Below, piece by piece: positions 47,354 through 56,826 of a stretch of DNA of 64,000 nucleotides. How positions within the stretch are numbered: position 1 is the stretch's first letter; every line of letters starts with the position of its first letter. The translations under genes and the position numbers were made by a program. The stretch comes from Gammaproteobacteria bacterium (GTDB taxonomy: Bacteria; Pseudomonadota; Gammaproteobacteria; Ga0077536), in contig DAOKZI010000006.1 of NCBI GenBank assembly GCA_035325705.1, positions 21,074 through 85,073 of the forward strand, written 5' to 3'. The notes beneath the pieces were generated by a model. That model was given only the letters and a program-made list of their open reading frames with translations. It was not told where the DNA came from and did no database searches.

Positions 47354-48264
47354 GCGCGCACGCCGCGTCGCACGGCGACGATCTCGGCGAGGATCGCGAG
47401 CGCGATTTCCGGCGGGCTCTTCGCGCCGATCGAAAGTCCGATCGGCGCGCGGATGCGGGCGATGTCGGCCGGCGCGACACCCGCCTCGGCCAGCGCCTGG
47501 CGACGAAGCTGGGCCGCGCGCCGGCTGCCGAGCGCGCCGAGGTAGAAGCACTCGCTCTGCAGCGCCTGAATCAGCACCGGCGGCTCCCACTCGTGCTCGT
47601 GGAACAGCGACAGGAAGGCCGTCCAGCGATCGAGGCGGCCGCAGCGGAACGCGTCCGGTGTCGTCAGCGCGTGGGCTTCTCGCGCATGGGGCCGCGCCAT
47701 TTCCAGCGTCTCCGCCTCGGGCGACATCGCGATCACCTCGAATTCGGCGACGCGGCCGAGCTCCGCGAGCAGCGGCAGGATCGGGCCCTTGCCGACGGCG
47801 TAGAGCCGCGTGACGGGCTCGCAGACCCGCACCCAGCCGTAGCCCGCGGCGCCCTCCACGGGCACGGCGGCCGCGCGCAGCGCGGCGAAGTCGAAGCCGA
47901 GGCCGATCGGCCGGCGCGCCGCGGCGGCGGCCAGCAGCGCATCGAGCTCCGCATCGGGCAAAGTCACGTCGAAGAAGACGTCGATGCCCGAGCCGCAGGG
48001 CAGGCGCAGATCGATGTACGGCGAGTCCTTGCCGTAGCGGGTCATGCGATTGCGGCCGGCCGCGATGCAGGCCTGCGCTTCGGCGACGATCGCCGCCTCG
48101 GCGCAGCCGCCGGTCAGATTGCCGACCGCCTCGCCGCGTTCGTTGATCGCCATCTGGCTGCCCAGCGGCCGCGGCGCCGAGCCGTCGACGTAGACGATCG
48201 TCGCGAGCGCGGTGCCGAGCCCGGCCGCGCGCCACGCGGCGAGCGTCGGCAGGACGTCGGCCAT
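47350..48264 (-). CDS. XdhC/CoxI-family molybdoenzyme maturation factor
   Basis: Internal ATG (MADVLPTLAAWRAAGLGTALATIVYVDGSAPRPLGS...). XdhC N-terminal and Rossmann-like domains. Confidence 0.75.
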   Translation of the reverse strand: MADVLPTLAAWRAAGLGTALATIVYVDGSAPRPLGSQMAINERGEAVGNLTGGCAEAAIVAEAQACIAAGRNRMTRYGKDSPYIDLRLPCGSGIDVFFDVTLPDAELDALLAAAAARRPIGLGFDFAALRAAAVPVEGAAGYGWVRVCEPVTRLYAVGKGPILPLLAELGRVAEFEVIAMSPEAETLEMARPHAREAHALTTPDAFRCGRLDRWTAFLSLFHEHEWEPPVLIQALQSECFYLGALGSRRAAQLRRQALAEAGVAPADIARIRAPIGLSIGAKSPPEIALAILAEIVAVRRGVRA

Positions 48265-48281
48265 GTAGCGCGCCGCCACGT

Positions 48282-49196
48282 TCAGCCTCCGAAGCGCGGC
48301 TCGGGGATGCCCGTGATGCCGAGACCGCGTATGCGGAACAGGCTGCCGGCGCCGAACTGCGGCTTGAGCTGCTTCGCGAAATGCTCGTGCGCGGCGGGGT
48401 GACGCACGCGCGCCATCGAGGTCACGTAGATCTCGTCGAGCTTCGGACCGCCGAAGATCAGGCTCGTGATGTTCTTCACCGGCATGCCGATCCGGCGTTC
48501 GACGCTGCCGTCCGGCGCATAGCGGATCAGATCCCCGCCGATCACGAGTGCGTTCCACACGCCCCCTTCGGCGTCCACCGTCGAGCCGTCGAAGAAGCCG
48601 GGATCCTCGCGCGTCGATGCGAAGTCGCGCCGGTTCGAGACGCGACCGCTCGCGAGATCGTAATCATAGGCCCACATCGTCTGGCGGAAGGTATCGGCGA
48701 AATAGAAAGTGCGATCGTCGGGGCTCCAGCAGGGGCCGTTCGAGCAGATGATGCCCTCGTCGAGCTGCCGCAACGTGAAGTCGGTGTCGAGCTGCCACAG
48801 CCCGCAGATCCCGAGCTCTTCCTTGTCGTCCATGCCGCCGGCGAGGAAGCGGCCGCGACGATCGCATTTGCCGTCGTTGAGCCGCGTGCGCGGCCGCTCG
48901 GGATCGACCAGCGCGATCAGCTCCAGCGCGCCGGTGTCGAAATCGAAAGTGTAGAAACCATCGTCCAGCGCGAGGATCGCGCCGCCGCCCCGGCGCAGCG
49001 CGAGTGCGCCGACGTCGTGATCCAGCGACCACGAACGCTTCTCGCCGGTGCGCGGGTTCAGGCGCCAGATCGACGGCTTGCCGACCCGCCGGCCGGTGCC
49101 GTCGACCCAGTACAGCAGGCCGTCCTCGACGTCCCACACCGGGCCTTCGCCGAGCTCGTTCGCGTCGGCGACCACGCATTCGATCGAGTAGTGCAC
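48282..49196 (-). CDS. SMP-30/gluconolactonase/LRE-family protein
   Basis: GTG start. GEGPVWDVEDGLLYWVD...NDGKCDRRGRFLAGGM. Confidence 0.75.
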   Translation of the reverse strand: MHYSIECVVADANELGEGPVWDVEDGLLYWVDGTGRRVGKPSIWRLNPRTGEKRSWSLDHDVGALALRRGGGAILALDDGFYTFDFDTGALELIALVDPERPRTRLNDGKCDRRGRFLAGGMDDKEELGICGLWQLDTDFTLRQLDEGIICSNGPCWSPDDRTFYFADTFRQTMWAYDYDLASGRVSNRRDFASTREDPGFFDGSTVDAEGGVWNALVIGGDLIRYAPDGSVERRIGMPVKNITSLIFGGPKLDEIYVTSMARVRHPAAHEHFAKQLKPQFGAGSLFRIRGLGITGIPEPRFGG

Positions 49197-49383
49197 TGCG
49201 TCAGTCCTTTCGATGAGGAAGCTTCGCGGCGGCGCGCCGCATGGTCGTCGCGCAGGGCCTGCGCAGCGGGGATTACCGCGTATTACATCAGGCTTGCCAT
49301 CGGTTGACGAGGCGGCCGCGAGCATGGAGAGTGACCGCGCCCGCGACGTCGCCGACGGCCGCGGCGCGCAGAGGGGAGGGCAG

Positions 49384-50259
49384 ATGTTTCCGGCACACAT
49401 CGATGAATACCTGCGGCCCGCGACGATCGCCGAAGCGCTCGCGGCGAACGCGCGCTACGAGGAAGGCGAGGCGATGTTCATCGCCGGCGGCCAGAGTCTG
49501 ATGCAGGCGATCAAGTCGCGCATGGCGCGTCCGCGCTGTCTGATCGATCTGCAGGCGATAGAGAGCTTGAAGGGTTTCGACTTCAGCGACGGCGTGCGCA
49601 TCGGCGCGATGACGCGCTACGTCGAGATCGCCGCCGAGGAGCGCCTGCGCGGCGCCTGCGCGGCGCTGCGCGACGCCGCCGGCCACGTCGGCGATCGCCA
49701 GGTGCGCAACCGCGGGACGATCGGGGGAAGCTGCTGCTGGAACTACGTCGCGTCCTGCACGCCGGCCGTGGTGCTGGGCCTCGGCGGCACGCTGCATCTG
49801 GTCGCGACCGACGGCACGCGCCGCGCGCTGCCGGCCGAGGAGTTCCTGATCGGACCGCTCGAGACCGCGCGCCGCGGCGACGAGATCCTCGACGCCGTGA
49901 GCTTCGCCGCGAGCGCCGGCCGCGGCGGCAGCGCTTACCGCAAATGGGGCCTGGTCAAGGATGCCTTGCCCGTCGTCGGCGTCTGCGTGCGGGTGCAGCT
50001 CGACGCCGGCGGGCGCTGCAGCTCGGCGCGCATTGCGCTGTCGGGCCTCGCCGCCGGCGCGCAGCTCGCGCCCGCCGGCGCCGCGCTCCTCGTCGGCTCG
50101 GGCGGCGAGGCCGCGGCGATCGCGCGCGCGATGGACGCCGTCGCCGCGAGCGTCGAGACCCAGTCCGACAAATGGGCGAGCAGCGACTATCGCCAACAAC
50201 TGATCAGGACGCTGGGCGCGGAAGTCGCCGCCACCGCGTTCGCACGCGCCGCCGCCTGA
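49384..50259 (+). CDS. FAD-binding subunit of a xanthine-dehydrogenase-family molybdenum hydroxylase (CoxM/XdhB-like)
   Basis: The internal ATG at 49384 gives a FAD-binding PCMH domain (GTIGGSCCWN). Confidence 0.8.
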   Translation: MFPAHIDEYLRPATIAEALAANARYEEGEAMFIAGGQSLMQAIKSRMARPRCLIDLQAIESLKGFDFSDGVRIGAMTRYVEIAAEERLRGACAALRDAAGHVGDRQVRNRGTIGGSCCWNYVASCTPAVVLGLGGTLHLVATDGTRRALPAEEFLIGPLETARRGDEILDAVSFAASAGRGGSAYRKWGLVKDALPVVGVCVRVQLDAGGRCSSARIALSGLAAGAQLAPAGAALLVGSGGEAAAIARAMDAVAASVETQSDKWASSDYRQQLIRTLGAEVAATAFARAAA

Positions 50260-50278
50260 GCGCGCAGGAGGAGCCCCC

Positions 50279-50758
50279 ATGCAGACCGTCCGCATCACCG
50301 TCAACGGCACGCTGTTCGAGGAAGCCGTGCCGCCGCGCATGCTGCTCGTCGACTTTCTGCGCGATCGCCTCGCGCTCACCGGCACCCACGTCGGCTGCAC
50401 GCACGAGGGCGTCTGCGGCGCCTGTACGATTCATCTCGACGGCGAGGCCGTGAAGAGCTGCATGCTGCTCGCCGTCCAGGCCGACGGCCACGCGGTGACG
50501 ACCGTCGAAGGCCTGTCGCAGCATGGCGAACTATCCGTGCTGCAGAGATCTTTTCGCGAGCACCACGGCCTGCAGTGCGGCTACTGCACGCCGGGCATCC
50601 TGATGAACATGAGCGACTTCCTCGCCCGCCATCCGAACCCGAGCGACGAGGAGATCCGCCACGGCCTGATCGGCAATCTGTGCCGCTGCACGGGCTATGT
50701 GCACATCGTCAAGGCCGTGCGCGAAGCGGCGAAGACGCTCGCGACCGGCGCGGTCTGA
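50279..50758 (+). CDS. (2Fe-2S)-binding small subunit (CoxS/XdhA-like)
   Basis: CGACTIHLDGEAVKSC and QCGYCTPG...CRCTGY Cys motifs. Confidence 0.9.
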   Translation: MQTVRITVNGTLFEEAVPPRMLLVDFLRDRLALTGTHVGCTHEGVCGACTIHLDGEAVKSCMLLAVQADGHAVTTVEGLSQHGELSVLQRSFREHHGLQCGYCTPGILMNMSDFLARHPNPSDEEIRHGLIGNLCRCTGYVHIVKAVREAAKTLATGAV

Positions 50759-50769
50759 GGGGAGGCGCG

Positions 50770-53178
50770 ATGGACATCACGGTACAGGACAGCAAGCGCT
50801 GGATGGGCGCGCGCCTCGAGCGCAAGGAAGATCTGCGGCTGGTCTCGGGCCAGGGCAAGTATCTCGCGGACCTCGTATTGCCCGGCATGCTGCACGCGGT
50901 GTTCGTGCGCAGCGAATACGCGCATGCGCGGATCACGGGCATCGACGCCAGCGCGGCGCGCGCGCTGCCGGGCGTCGTCGACGTGATCACGGGCGAGGAG
51001 ATCAGGGCGCACGTGAAGTCGATGCGCCAGCCCGTGCTGCTGCCGAACCTGCCGGCGAAGTATCCGGACTACCACGCGCTCGCCGTCGACAAGGTCAAGT
51101 TCCACGGCGATCCCGTCGCCGTCGTGATCGCGCGCGACAAGTACCTCGCCGAGGACGCAGCCGAGCTCGTCGTCGTCGACTACGAGGAGTTGCCCGTCGT
51201 CGTCGACGCCGAGCAGGCGCTCGCGCCGGGCGCGACGAAAGTGCACGACGCGGAAGCGGACAACGAAATGTTCGCGATGAGCTTCACCGGCGGTGCGACG
51301 CCCGAGGAGCAGGCGCAGAACGGGAGCGAGGTGCAGCGCATTTTCGATACCGCCGAGATCGTCGTGTCGAACCGCTTCCGCGTGCACCGCACCGGGATCA
51401 CGCCGATGGAGCCGCGCGGCGTGCTCTGCGACTGGTCGCTCGCCGACGGGCTGACCGCGTGGATCACGACGCAGCGCCCGCACATCGATCGGCTGGCGCT
51501 GATCGACATCCTCGACATCCCGGGCGAACGCGTCCGCGTAATCGCGCCGCGCGATCAGGGCGGCGGTTTCGGCGTCAAGGCGCCGTTCTATCGCGAGAAC
51601 GTCGTCATCGCCTATGCCGCGCGCAAGCTCGGCCGGCCCGTGCGCTGGATCGAGTCGCGCTACGAGGGTCTGATGAACGTCGGCCAGGAGCGCGATCAGA
51701 TCAACGATCTCGAAGTCGCGGCAACCAGGGACGGCAAGCTGCTCGCGCTGCGCAACCGCGGGATCGCGAACAACGGCACCGGCCAGACCGGCGTCTACTG
51801 GGGCTTCGTGATGCCGTTTCTCGGCCAGGTCGAGCTGCCGAACGCCTACACCTGGGAGAAAGGCGACATCAAGCTGCGCGTGGCGACGACCAACAAGGCC
51901 TGCCTCACGCCCTCGCGCGCTTTCGGCCATTTCCCGACGCGCTTCGCCCTCGAGCGCTCGATCGACATGGTCGCGCGCCGCTGCGGGCTCGAGCCGGCCG
52001 AAGTCCGTCGTCGCAACATGGTGCCGAAATTGCCGTATACGACGATCACCGGCGAGTACTACGACAGCGGCGACTTCCTGAAGGTTTGGGACAATCTGAT
52101 GCGGCAGGTCGATCTCCCGGCCTTTCGCCGCGAGCAGGCGGCGGCGCGCGCGCAGGGACGCTATCTCGGCATCGGCTTCTCCTGCGGCGTCGAGCTCTCC
52201 GGCGTGGCCTCCGAGCTGCTGGTGCCGATGGAGAACCAGCCCGGCTACGGCGCGGCGACGGTGCGCGTCGATCCGCGCGGCAAGGTGCTGATCTTCGGCG
52301 GCGACGCGCCGGGCGGGCAGGGCCACGAGACGACGGTCGCGCAGGTCGTCGCGTCGATCTTCGGCATCGATCCCGCGGACACCCTGGTGACGACCGGCGA
52401 TACCGGCTCCACGCCTTTCGGCGCCGGCACCATCGGTGCCCGCGCGGGCTCCTATTTCGTCAGCGCCGTGCACAAGGCCTGCGCGGAGCTGAAGGAGAAG
52501 ATCACGCACGTGCTCGCCCACGATCTCGGCGTGCGCGCGACGGCCGAGGAATTCGCGTTCAGCAACGGCGAGGTCATCTACCTGCGCGATCCGAGCCGGC
52601 GCAAGACCTTCCGCGAAATCGTCGAGCGCATCATCATGTTCCCGGTGAACCTGCCCGAAGGCGAGGTCGGCGGCCTGGAGTCGACGGCGTTCTTCGAGGC
52701 CGCGAAGCCGATGATCTGCTTCAACGCCGACTTCTGCATCGTCGAGGTGAAGCCCGCGACGGGCGAGTTCACGATCAAGCGCTGGGCGACGTCCGAGGAC
52801 GTCGGCAACGTGATCAACCAGAACATCGTCGACGGCCAGATGCACGGCGCGATCGTGCAGGGGCTGTCGAACGCGATCTTCGAAGAGTTCATCTACACCG
52901 ACGAAGGCCAGCAGCTCACGGCGGACTTCGAGCACTACAAGATGGCGACCGCCGCCGATGTGCCGGACATCGAGCTGTCCTATGCGTCGACGCCCTGCCC
53001 GCACACGCCGCTCGGCACGCGCGGCATCGGCGAAGGCAGGCCGAGCTCGGTGCCGGGTGCGCTGTGCAACGCGATCTGCGATGCGCTGAGCCCCTTCGGC
53101 ATCGAGATCACCGAGCTGCCGCTGCGGCCGAGCGCGCTGTGGACGAAGATCCGCGACGCACGGGCAACGCAGCGCTGA
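50770..53178 (+). CDS. molybdopterin-binding large subunit of an XDH-family molybdenum hydroxylase (substrate unknown)
   Basis: The internal ATG at 50770 (MDITVQDSKRWMGARLERKEDLRLVSGQGKY) gives about 802 aa. The GGGFG motif is present. Neither canonical CO-dehydrogenase active-site loop (VAYRCSFR or AYRGAGR) was found by eye. Confidence 0.85.
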   Translation: MDITVQDSKRWMGARLERKEDLRLVSGQGKYLADLVLPGMLHAVFVRSEYAHARITGIDASAARALPGVVDVITGEEIRAHVKSMRQPVLLPNLPAKYPDYHALAVDKVKFHGDPVAVVIARDKYLAEDAAELVVVDYEELPVVVDAEQALAPGATKVHDAEADNEMFAMSFTGGATPEEQAQNGSEVQRIFDTAEIVVSNRFRVHRTGITPMEPRGVLCDWSLADGLTAWITTQRPHIDRLALIDILDIPGERVRVIAPRDQGGGFGVKAPFYRENVVIAYAARKLGRPVRWIESRYEGLMNVGQERDQINDLEVAATRDGKLLALRNRGIANNGTGQTGVYWGFVMPFLGQVELPNAYTWEKGDIKLRVATTNKACLTPSRAFGHFPTRFALERSIDMVARRCGLEPAEVRRRNMVPKLPYTTITGEYYDSGDFLKVWDNLMRQVDLPAFRREQAAARAQGRYLGIGFSCGVELSGVASELLVPMENQPGYGAATVRVDPRGKVLIFGGDAPGGQGHETTVAQVVASIFGIDPADTLVTTGDTGSTPFGAGTIGARAGSYFVSAVHKACAELKEKITHVLAHDLGVRATAEEFAFSNGEVIYLRDPSRRKTFREIVERIIMFPVNLPEGEVGGLESTAFFEAAKPMICFNADFCIVEVKPATGEFTIKRWATSEDVGNVINQNIVDGQMHGAIVQGLSNAIFEEFIYTDEGQQLTADFEHYKMATAADVPDIELSYASTPCPHTPLGTRGIGEGRPSSVPGALCNAICDALSPFGIEITELPLRPSALWTKIRDARATQR

Positions 53179-53190
53179 GGACAACCGCTC

Positions 53191-53766
53191 TTGGAACTGA
53201 AAGACGAAATCCGCATCAACGCGCCGCGCGCGCAGGTCTATGCCGCTCTGAACGATCCGGACATTCTGCGCCAGTCGATCCCGGGCTGCGAAAGCCTGCA
53301 GAAGAACTCCGACACCGAGTTCGAGGCGACCGTGACGTCCAAGGTCGGGCCGCTGACGGCGAAGCTGAAAGGCGCCGTGACGCTGAGCGATCTGGATCCT
53401 CCCGCGGGCTACACCCTGGCCGGTGAAGGCAAGGGCGGCCCGGCCGGCTTCGCCAAGGTGAAGGCGCGCGTCGCGCTCGCCGACGAAGGCGCGGCGACGC
53501 TGCTGCGCTACGAGGTCAAGGCCGAGGTCGGCGGCAAGCTCGGCCAGCTCGGCGGCGCGATCATCGATCGCACCGCGCGCAAGCTCGCCGGCGAGTTCTT
53601 CCAGCAGTTCGAGTCGCTGGTCAGCGTGCCGGTGCCGGCCGAGGAAGCGGCCGGCGCGGCCGCCGCGATGCCGGCGCGGGCGGCGAGCGCCGTCTCGACC
53701 GCCGCGGTCTGGTATTTCATCGCCGCCATCGCGCTCGCGCTCGCCGCGTGGATCCTGCTCACGTGA
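53191..53766 (+). CDS. CoxG-like SRPBCC protein
   Basis: TTG start. MELKDEIRINAPRAQVYAALNDPDILRQSIPGCESL is typical of CoxG. C-terminal TM segment. Confidence 0.7.
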   Translation: MELKDEIRINAPRAQVYAALNDPDILRQSIPGCESLQKNSDTEFEATVTSKVGPLTAKLKGAVTLSDLDPPAGYTLAGEGKGGPAGFAKVKARVALADEGAATLLRYEVKAEVGGKLGQLGGAIIDRTARKLAGEFFQQFESLVSVPVPAEEAAGAAAAMPARAASAVSTAAVWYFIAAIALALAAWILLT

Positions 53767-53776
53767 ACCGGCGCAT

Positions 53777-54610
53777 TTGAAGCTCGACCTGCACACGCAC
53801 AGCACGGCCTCGGACGGCGTGCTCGCGCCGGCCGCGCTGCTCGCGCAGGCGATCGAGGCGGACGTCGAGCTCTTCAGCATCACCGATCACGACTCGCTCG
53901 CAGCCTACGATGCGATCGCTGGGGCGCCGCTCGGCCGCCTGCGTCTGCTGCCCGGTATCGAGCTGACGGCGCAGTGGCGCGGACAGGTCGTGCACGTGCT
54001 CGGCTACGGCTTCGACGCTGGCCGCGGCGCACTGCGCGCCGGCGTCGAGGCGCAGCGCCGGCGACGCGCCGAGCGCGCGGCCGCGCTCGGCGCCAGGCTC
54101 GCGCGTCTAGGGATCGCGGATACCTTCGAAGGCGCGCGGGCGCTGGCCGGCGAGGGCAGCATCGGCCGGCCGCATTTCGCGCGCCATCTCCTCGCCGTCG
54201 GCGCCGTGCGCAGCGTCGAGGAAGCTTTCGAGAAATACCTCGGCGATCGCGCGACGGCCGGCGTCGGTTCCGCCTGGGCGAGTCTGGACGAGGCCGTGGC
54301 CTGGATCAGGGCCGACGGCGGTCAGGCCGTGCTCGCCCACCCGGTGAAGTACCGCTACACGCACACGCGCCTGCGCGAGCTGCTCGCGGATTTCGTCGCC
54401 GCCGGCGGCTGCGGTCTCGAAGTGCTGTGCGGGCGGCAGCCGCCGGGCGCGCTCGTCGAGATGGCCAAGCTGTGCCAGCGCTTCGGCCTCGAAGCCTCCA
54501 TGGGCAGCGACTTCCATGCGCCGGAAGCCTGGCAGCCGGCGCCGGGCGTGATGTCCCGACTCCCGCACGGCATCCCCGCGCTGTGGGAGCGCTGGGCGGT
54601 TTGCGCGTGA
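53777..54610 (+). CDS. PHP-domain phosphoesterase (TrpH/YciV-like)
   Basis: TTG start. LKLDLHTHSTASDG...SITDHDS. Confidence 0.75.
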   Translation: MKLDLHTHSTASDGVLAPAALLAQAIEADVELFSITDHDSLAAYDAIAGAPLGRLRLLPGIELTAQWRGQVVHVLGYGFDAGRGALRAGVEAQRRRRAERAAALGARLARLGIADTFEGARALAGEGSIGRPHFARHLLAVGAVRSVEEAFEKYLGDRATAGVGSAWASLDEAVAWIRADGGQAVLAHPVKYRYTHTRLRELLADFVAAGGCGLEVLCGRQPPGALVEMAKLCQRFGLEASMGSDFHAPEAWQPAPGVMSRLPHGIPALWERWAVCA

Positions 54611-54845
54611 AATTCGATTCACGGAAACCCTGCAAGAGCAGAGCTTCCGCGGGCCATGGCCGGCCGGCCCGCGAATCCGAGCTTGCTCCGGATTCGCCGA
54701 CCCCGAATAGGTCCGGATAGTCCTGTTCAGGATTTCCTTAGAAAGCGCCGTTAACTACTTGAATTATTGAGATCGACGTTACAGACTTCACGTAACACTT
54801 CAAGTTTGGCGGCCCAGGCCGCCGCCGTGCCGGGGGGCTTGCCGC

Positions 54846-56270
54846 ATGAAATCGATGCCACGCCGTTCGCTTCGTCTGGCCATCATCATGGCGCTGGGCG
54901 CGCCGCTCGGCGGGATCGCGCTGCCCGCCGCTGCCAGCGGCCTCGACGACTACGACCCCACTTTCGACAGCCCGATCGGCGGCAGGCTGCAGGGCGTTGC
55001 CCGCACCGGCCCGCAGCAAACCATGGGCGCGCTGATCGAGGACGTGTGCCCGGCCGGCCTCTCGCGCGGCCGCATCCTCGATACCGCAGGCGGCCGGGAT
55101 CTCGCCGATCGCTGCACCGACATGGTCGAAGCCGCGCTCGCCACCGGCGATCTCGATGCGGCGCTGAACGCGATGCAGGAGGTGGCGGGTGAGGAGGTCG
55201 ATGCGATCGCGACGTCCGAGGTCGACGCCTCCTCCGGCCAGATGGACGCGATCGGCGCACGCCTGCAGTCGCTGCGCAGCGGCGGCCCGCGCGTAGCCTT
55301 CGCGCTGCCGGGCTTCGAGGATGCGCTCGCGGCGCGCGGCGGCGCCGGCCTGCTCAGCGGCGGCGGCGCCAGCGCGGACGGCGCGCAGCGCCTCGGCGTC
55401 TTCGTCAACGGCAGCTATGACTACACCGATCGCGATCCCTCCTTCAACGAGGCGGGCTTCGAAGCCGACGGCTACGGCGTCACCGCCGGCCTCGACTATC
55501 AGCTCAGCGACGCGCTGCTCCTCGGTGCCGCTTTCAGCTACAAGAACACCGACGCCGACATCGCGCAGCGCGGCGGCACGCTGGACACCGACAGCGTCGG
55601 CGGCTACGGCTACGCGACCTACACCATCGGCGGCGGCTGGTATCTCGATGCGATGGGCGGCTACACGCAGAACGATCACGAACAGGTGCGCACCCTCGCC
55701 TATGCGGTGCGCGGCGCGACGCGCGGCAACGTCGATACCCAGCAGACCGCCCTGTCGGAGCTCGACAGCGACGAGATTGCCGGCAGCGTGAAGCTTGGCT
55801 TCGACGCCGTGCACGGCGCGTGGACCGTCAGTCCCTATGTGCGCGCCGAGATCGCGAAAGTCGAGATCGACGGCTACACCGAGCGCATGTCGCGACCGAG
55901 CGCGCTGGGCAACGGCCTCGCGCTGCAGATCGACGACCAGTCCTTCACTTCGGTAATGAGCGCCGTCGGCGCGCAGTTCGGCTGGCTCAGCACGCAGACC
56001 TGGGGCACCTGGTATCCGCAGGTGATGGCGGAATACGTGCACGAGTTCGACAACGACGGCGATCCGATCACGGGCCGCTTCGTCAACGCGCCGGGCGTGA
56101 GCTTCCGCATGGGCATCGACGATCCGGATCGCAACTTCGCGAACATCGGCGTCGCATCGAGCTTCGTGTTGAACAGCGGCACCGCCGCCTTCGTGTCCTT
56201 CCAGACCTTGCTCGGCTATCACGATCTGACCGCGCACGCCGTCGAGCTCGGCCTGCGCGTGCCGTTCTGA
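54846..56270 (+). CDS. autotransporter-type outer-membrane beta-barrel protein
   Basis: Signal peptide MKSMPRRSLRLAIIMALGAPLGGIALPAAA. A Gly/Asp-rich passenger region. A C-terminal beta-domain ends ...LGLRVPF. The AT-rich upstream region spans 54700-54845. Confidence 0.75.
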   Translation: MKSMPRRSLRLAIIMALGAPLGGIALPAAASGLDDYDPTFDSPIGGRLQGVARTGPQQTMGALIEDVCPAGLSRGRILDTAGGRDLADRCTDMVEAALATGDLDAALNAMQEVAGEEVDAIATSEVDASSGQMDAIGARLQSLRSGGPRVAFALPGFEDALAARGGAGLLSGGGASADGAQRLGVFVNGSYDYTDRDPSFNEAGFEADGYGVTAGLDYQLSDALLLGAAFSYKNTDADIAQRGGTLDTDSVGGYGYATYTIGGGWYLDAMGGYTQNDHEQVRTLAYAVRGATRGNVDTQQTALSELDSDEIAGSVKLGFDAVHGAWTVSPYVRAEIAKVEIDGYTERMSRPSALGNGLALQIDDQSFTSVMSAVGAQFGWLSTQTWGTWYPQVMAEYVHEFDNDGDPITGRFVNAPGVSFRMGIDDPDRNFANIGVASSFVLNSGTAAFVSFQTLLGYHDLTAHAVELGLRVPF

Positions 56271-56312
56271 GCCGTTCGTGGCCTGTGCTGGCTGAAATGC
56301 ATTGAATCCCGG

Positions 56313-56812
56313 AGGACACGGGGAAAGACGGGATTGGCTGCGGCACAGCCCGTAGGTCGGGCTGACGAAGGAAGCCCAACGCGCACGACGTCAAATGTCT
56401 TGTAGCCCGGATGAGCGCAGCGAATCCGGGGTTCGGCGGATCATTGCGCGCAAGCGCGAGGCTTGGCGTCCGATCCCGGATTCGCTGCGCTCATCCGGGC
56501 TACGAAGATTCCGGGGCGGCCGCACGCGGAGCGGAATGTCGAACTCCTTCCAACGTGAACGGCCGTTTCGTAGCCCGGGTGGAGCGCGCAGCGCGTAACC
56601 CGGGATCGGCGCGCGTCGTCTCCCATGCATTCGAGAAGACCCGGCGCGGTGCGCGCCGGGCAGGGCCGAAAGCGCTTGCGTATCGGGCATGCCGGATCCC
56701 GGGTTCCGCTCCGCTGCACCCGGGCTACGAGAGCGGGGGGCACTTTCTTTAGCGCTGCGGAGGTTCAAACAATCCCTTTCTCCCTCCGTGTCCTCCGTGT
56801 CCTCCGTGGCTA
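56313..56812. repeat. composite intergenic mosaic: family-2 TIRs enclosing the hairpin motif and four REP units
   Basis: Left degenerate TIR gaatcccggaggacacgggg (about 56313). Hairpin cgggctgacgaaggaagcccaacg (about 56355). REP units at about 56400, 56470, 56565 and 56690. Right TIR ccctccgtgtcctccgtgtcctccgtggctagattc (about 56768-56805). Confidence 0.7.
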
Positions 56813-56826
56813 GATTCATCAGCGTC

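Noticed and set aside
50695-53883. 1062 aa minus-strand ORF and 909 aa plus-strand alternate-frame ORF over the large-subunit gene
   Set aside because: The molybdopterin large-subunit motifs (GGGFG and others) are in the 50770..53178 frame. The others are GC-driven open frames.
54738-56237. 499 aa minus-strand ORF opposite the autotransporter gene
   Set aside because: It is antisense to a protein with a signal peptide and a C-terminal beta-barrel ending LRVPF.
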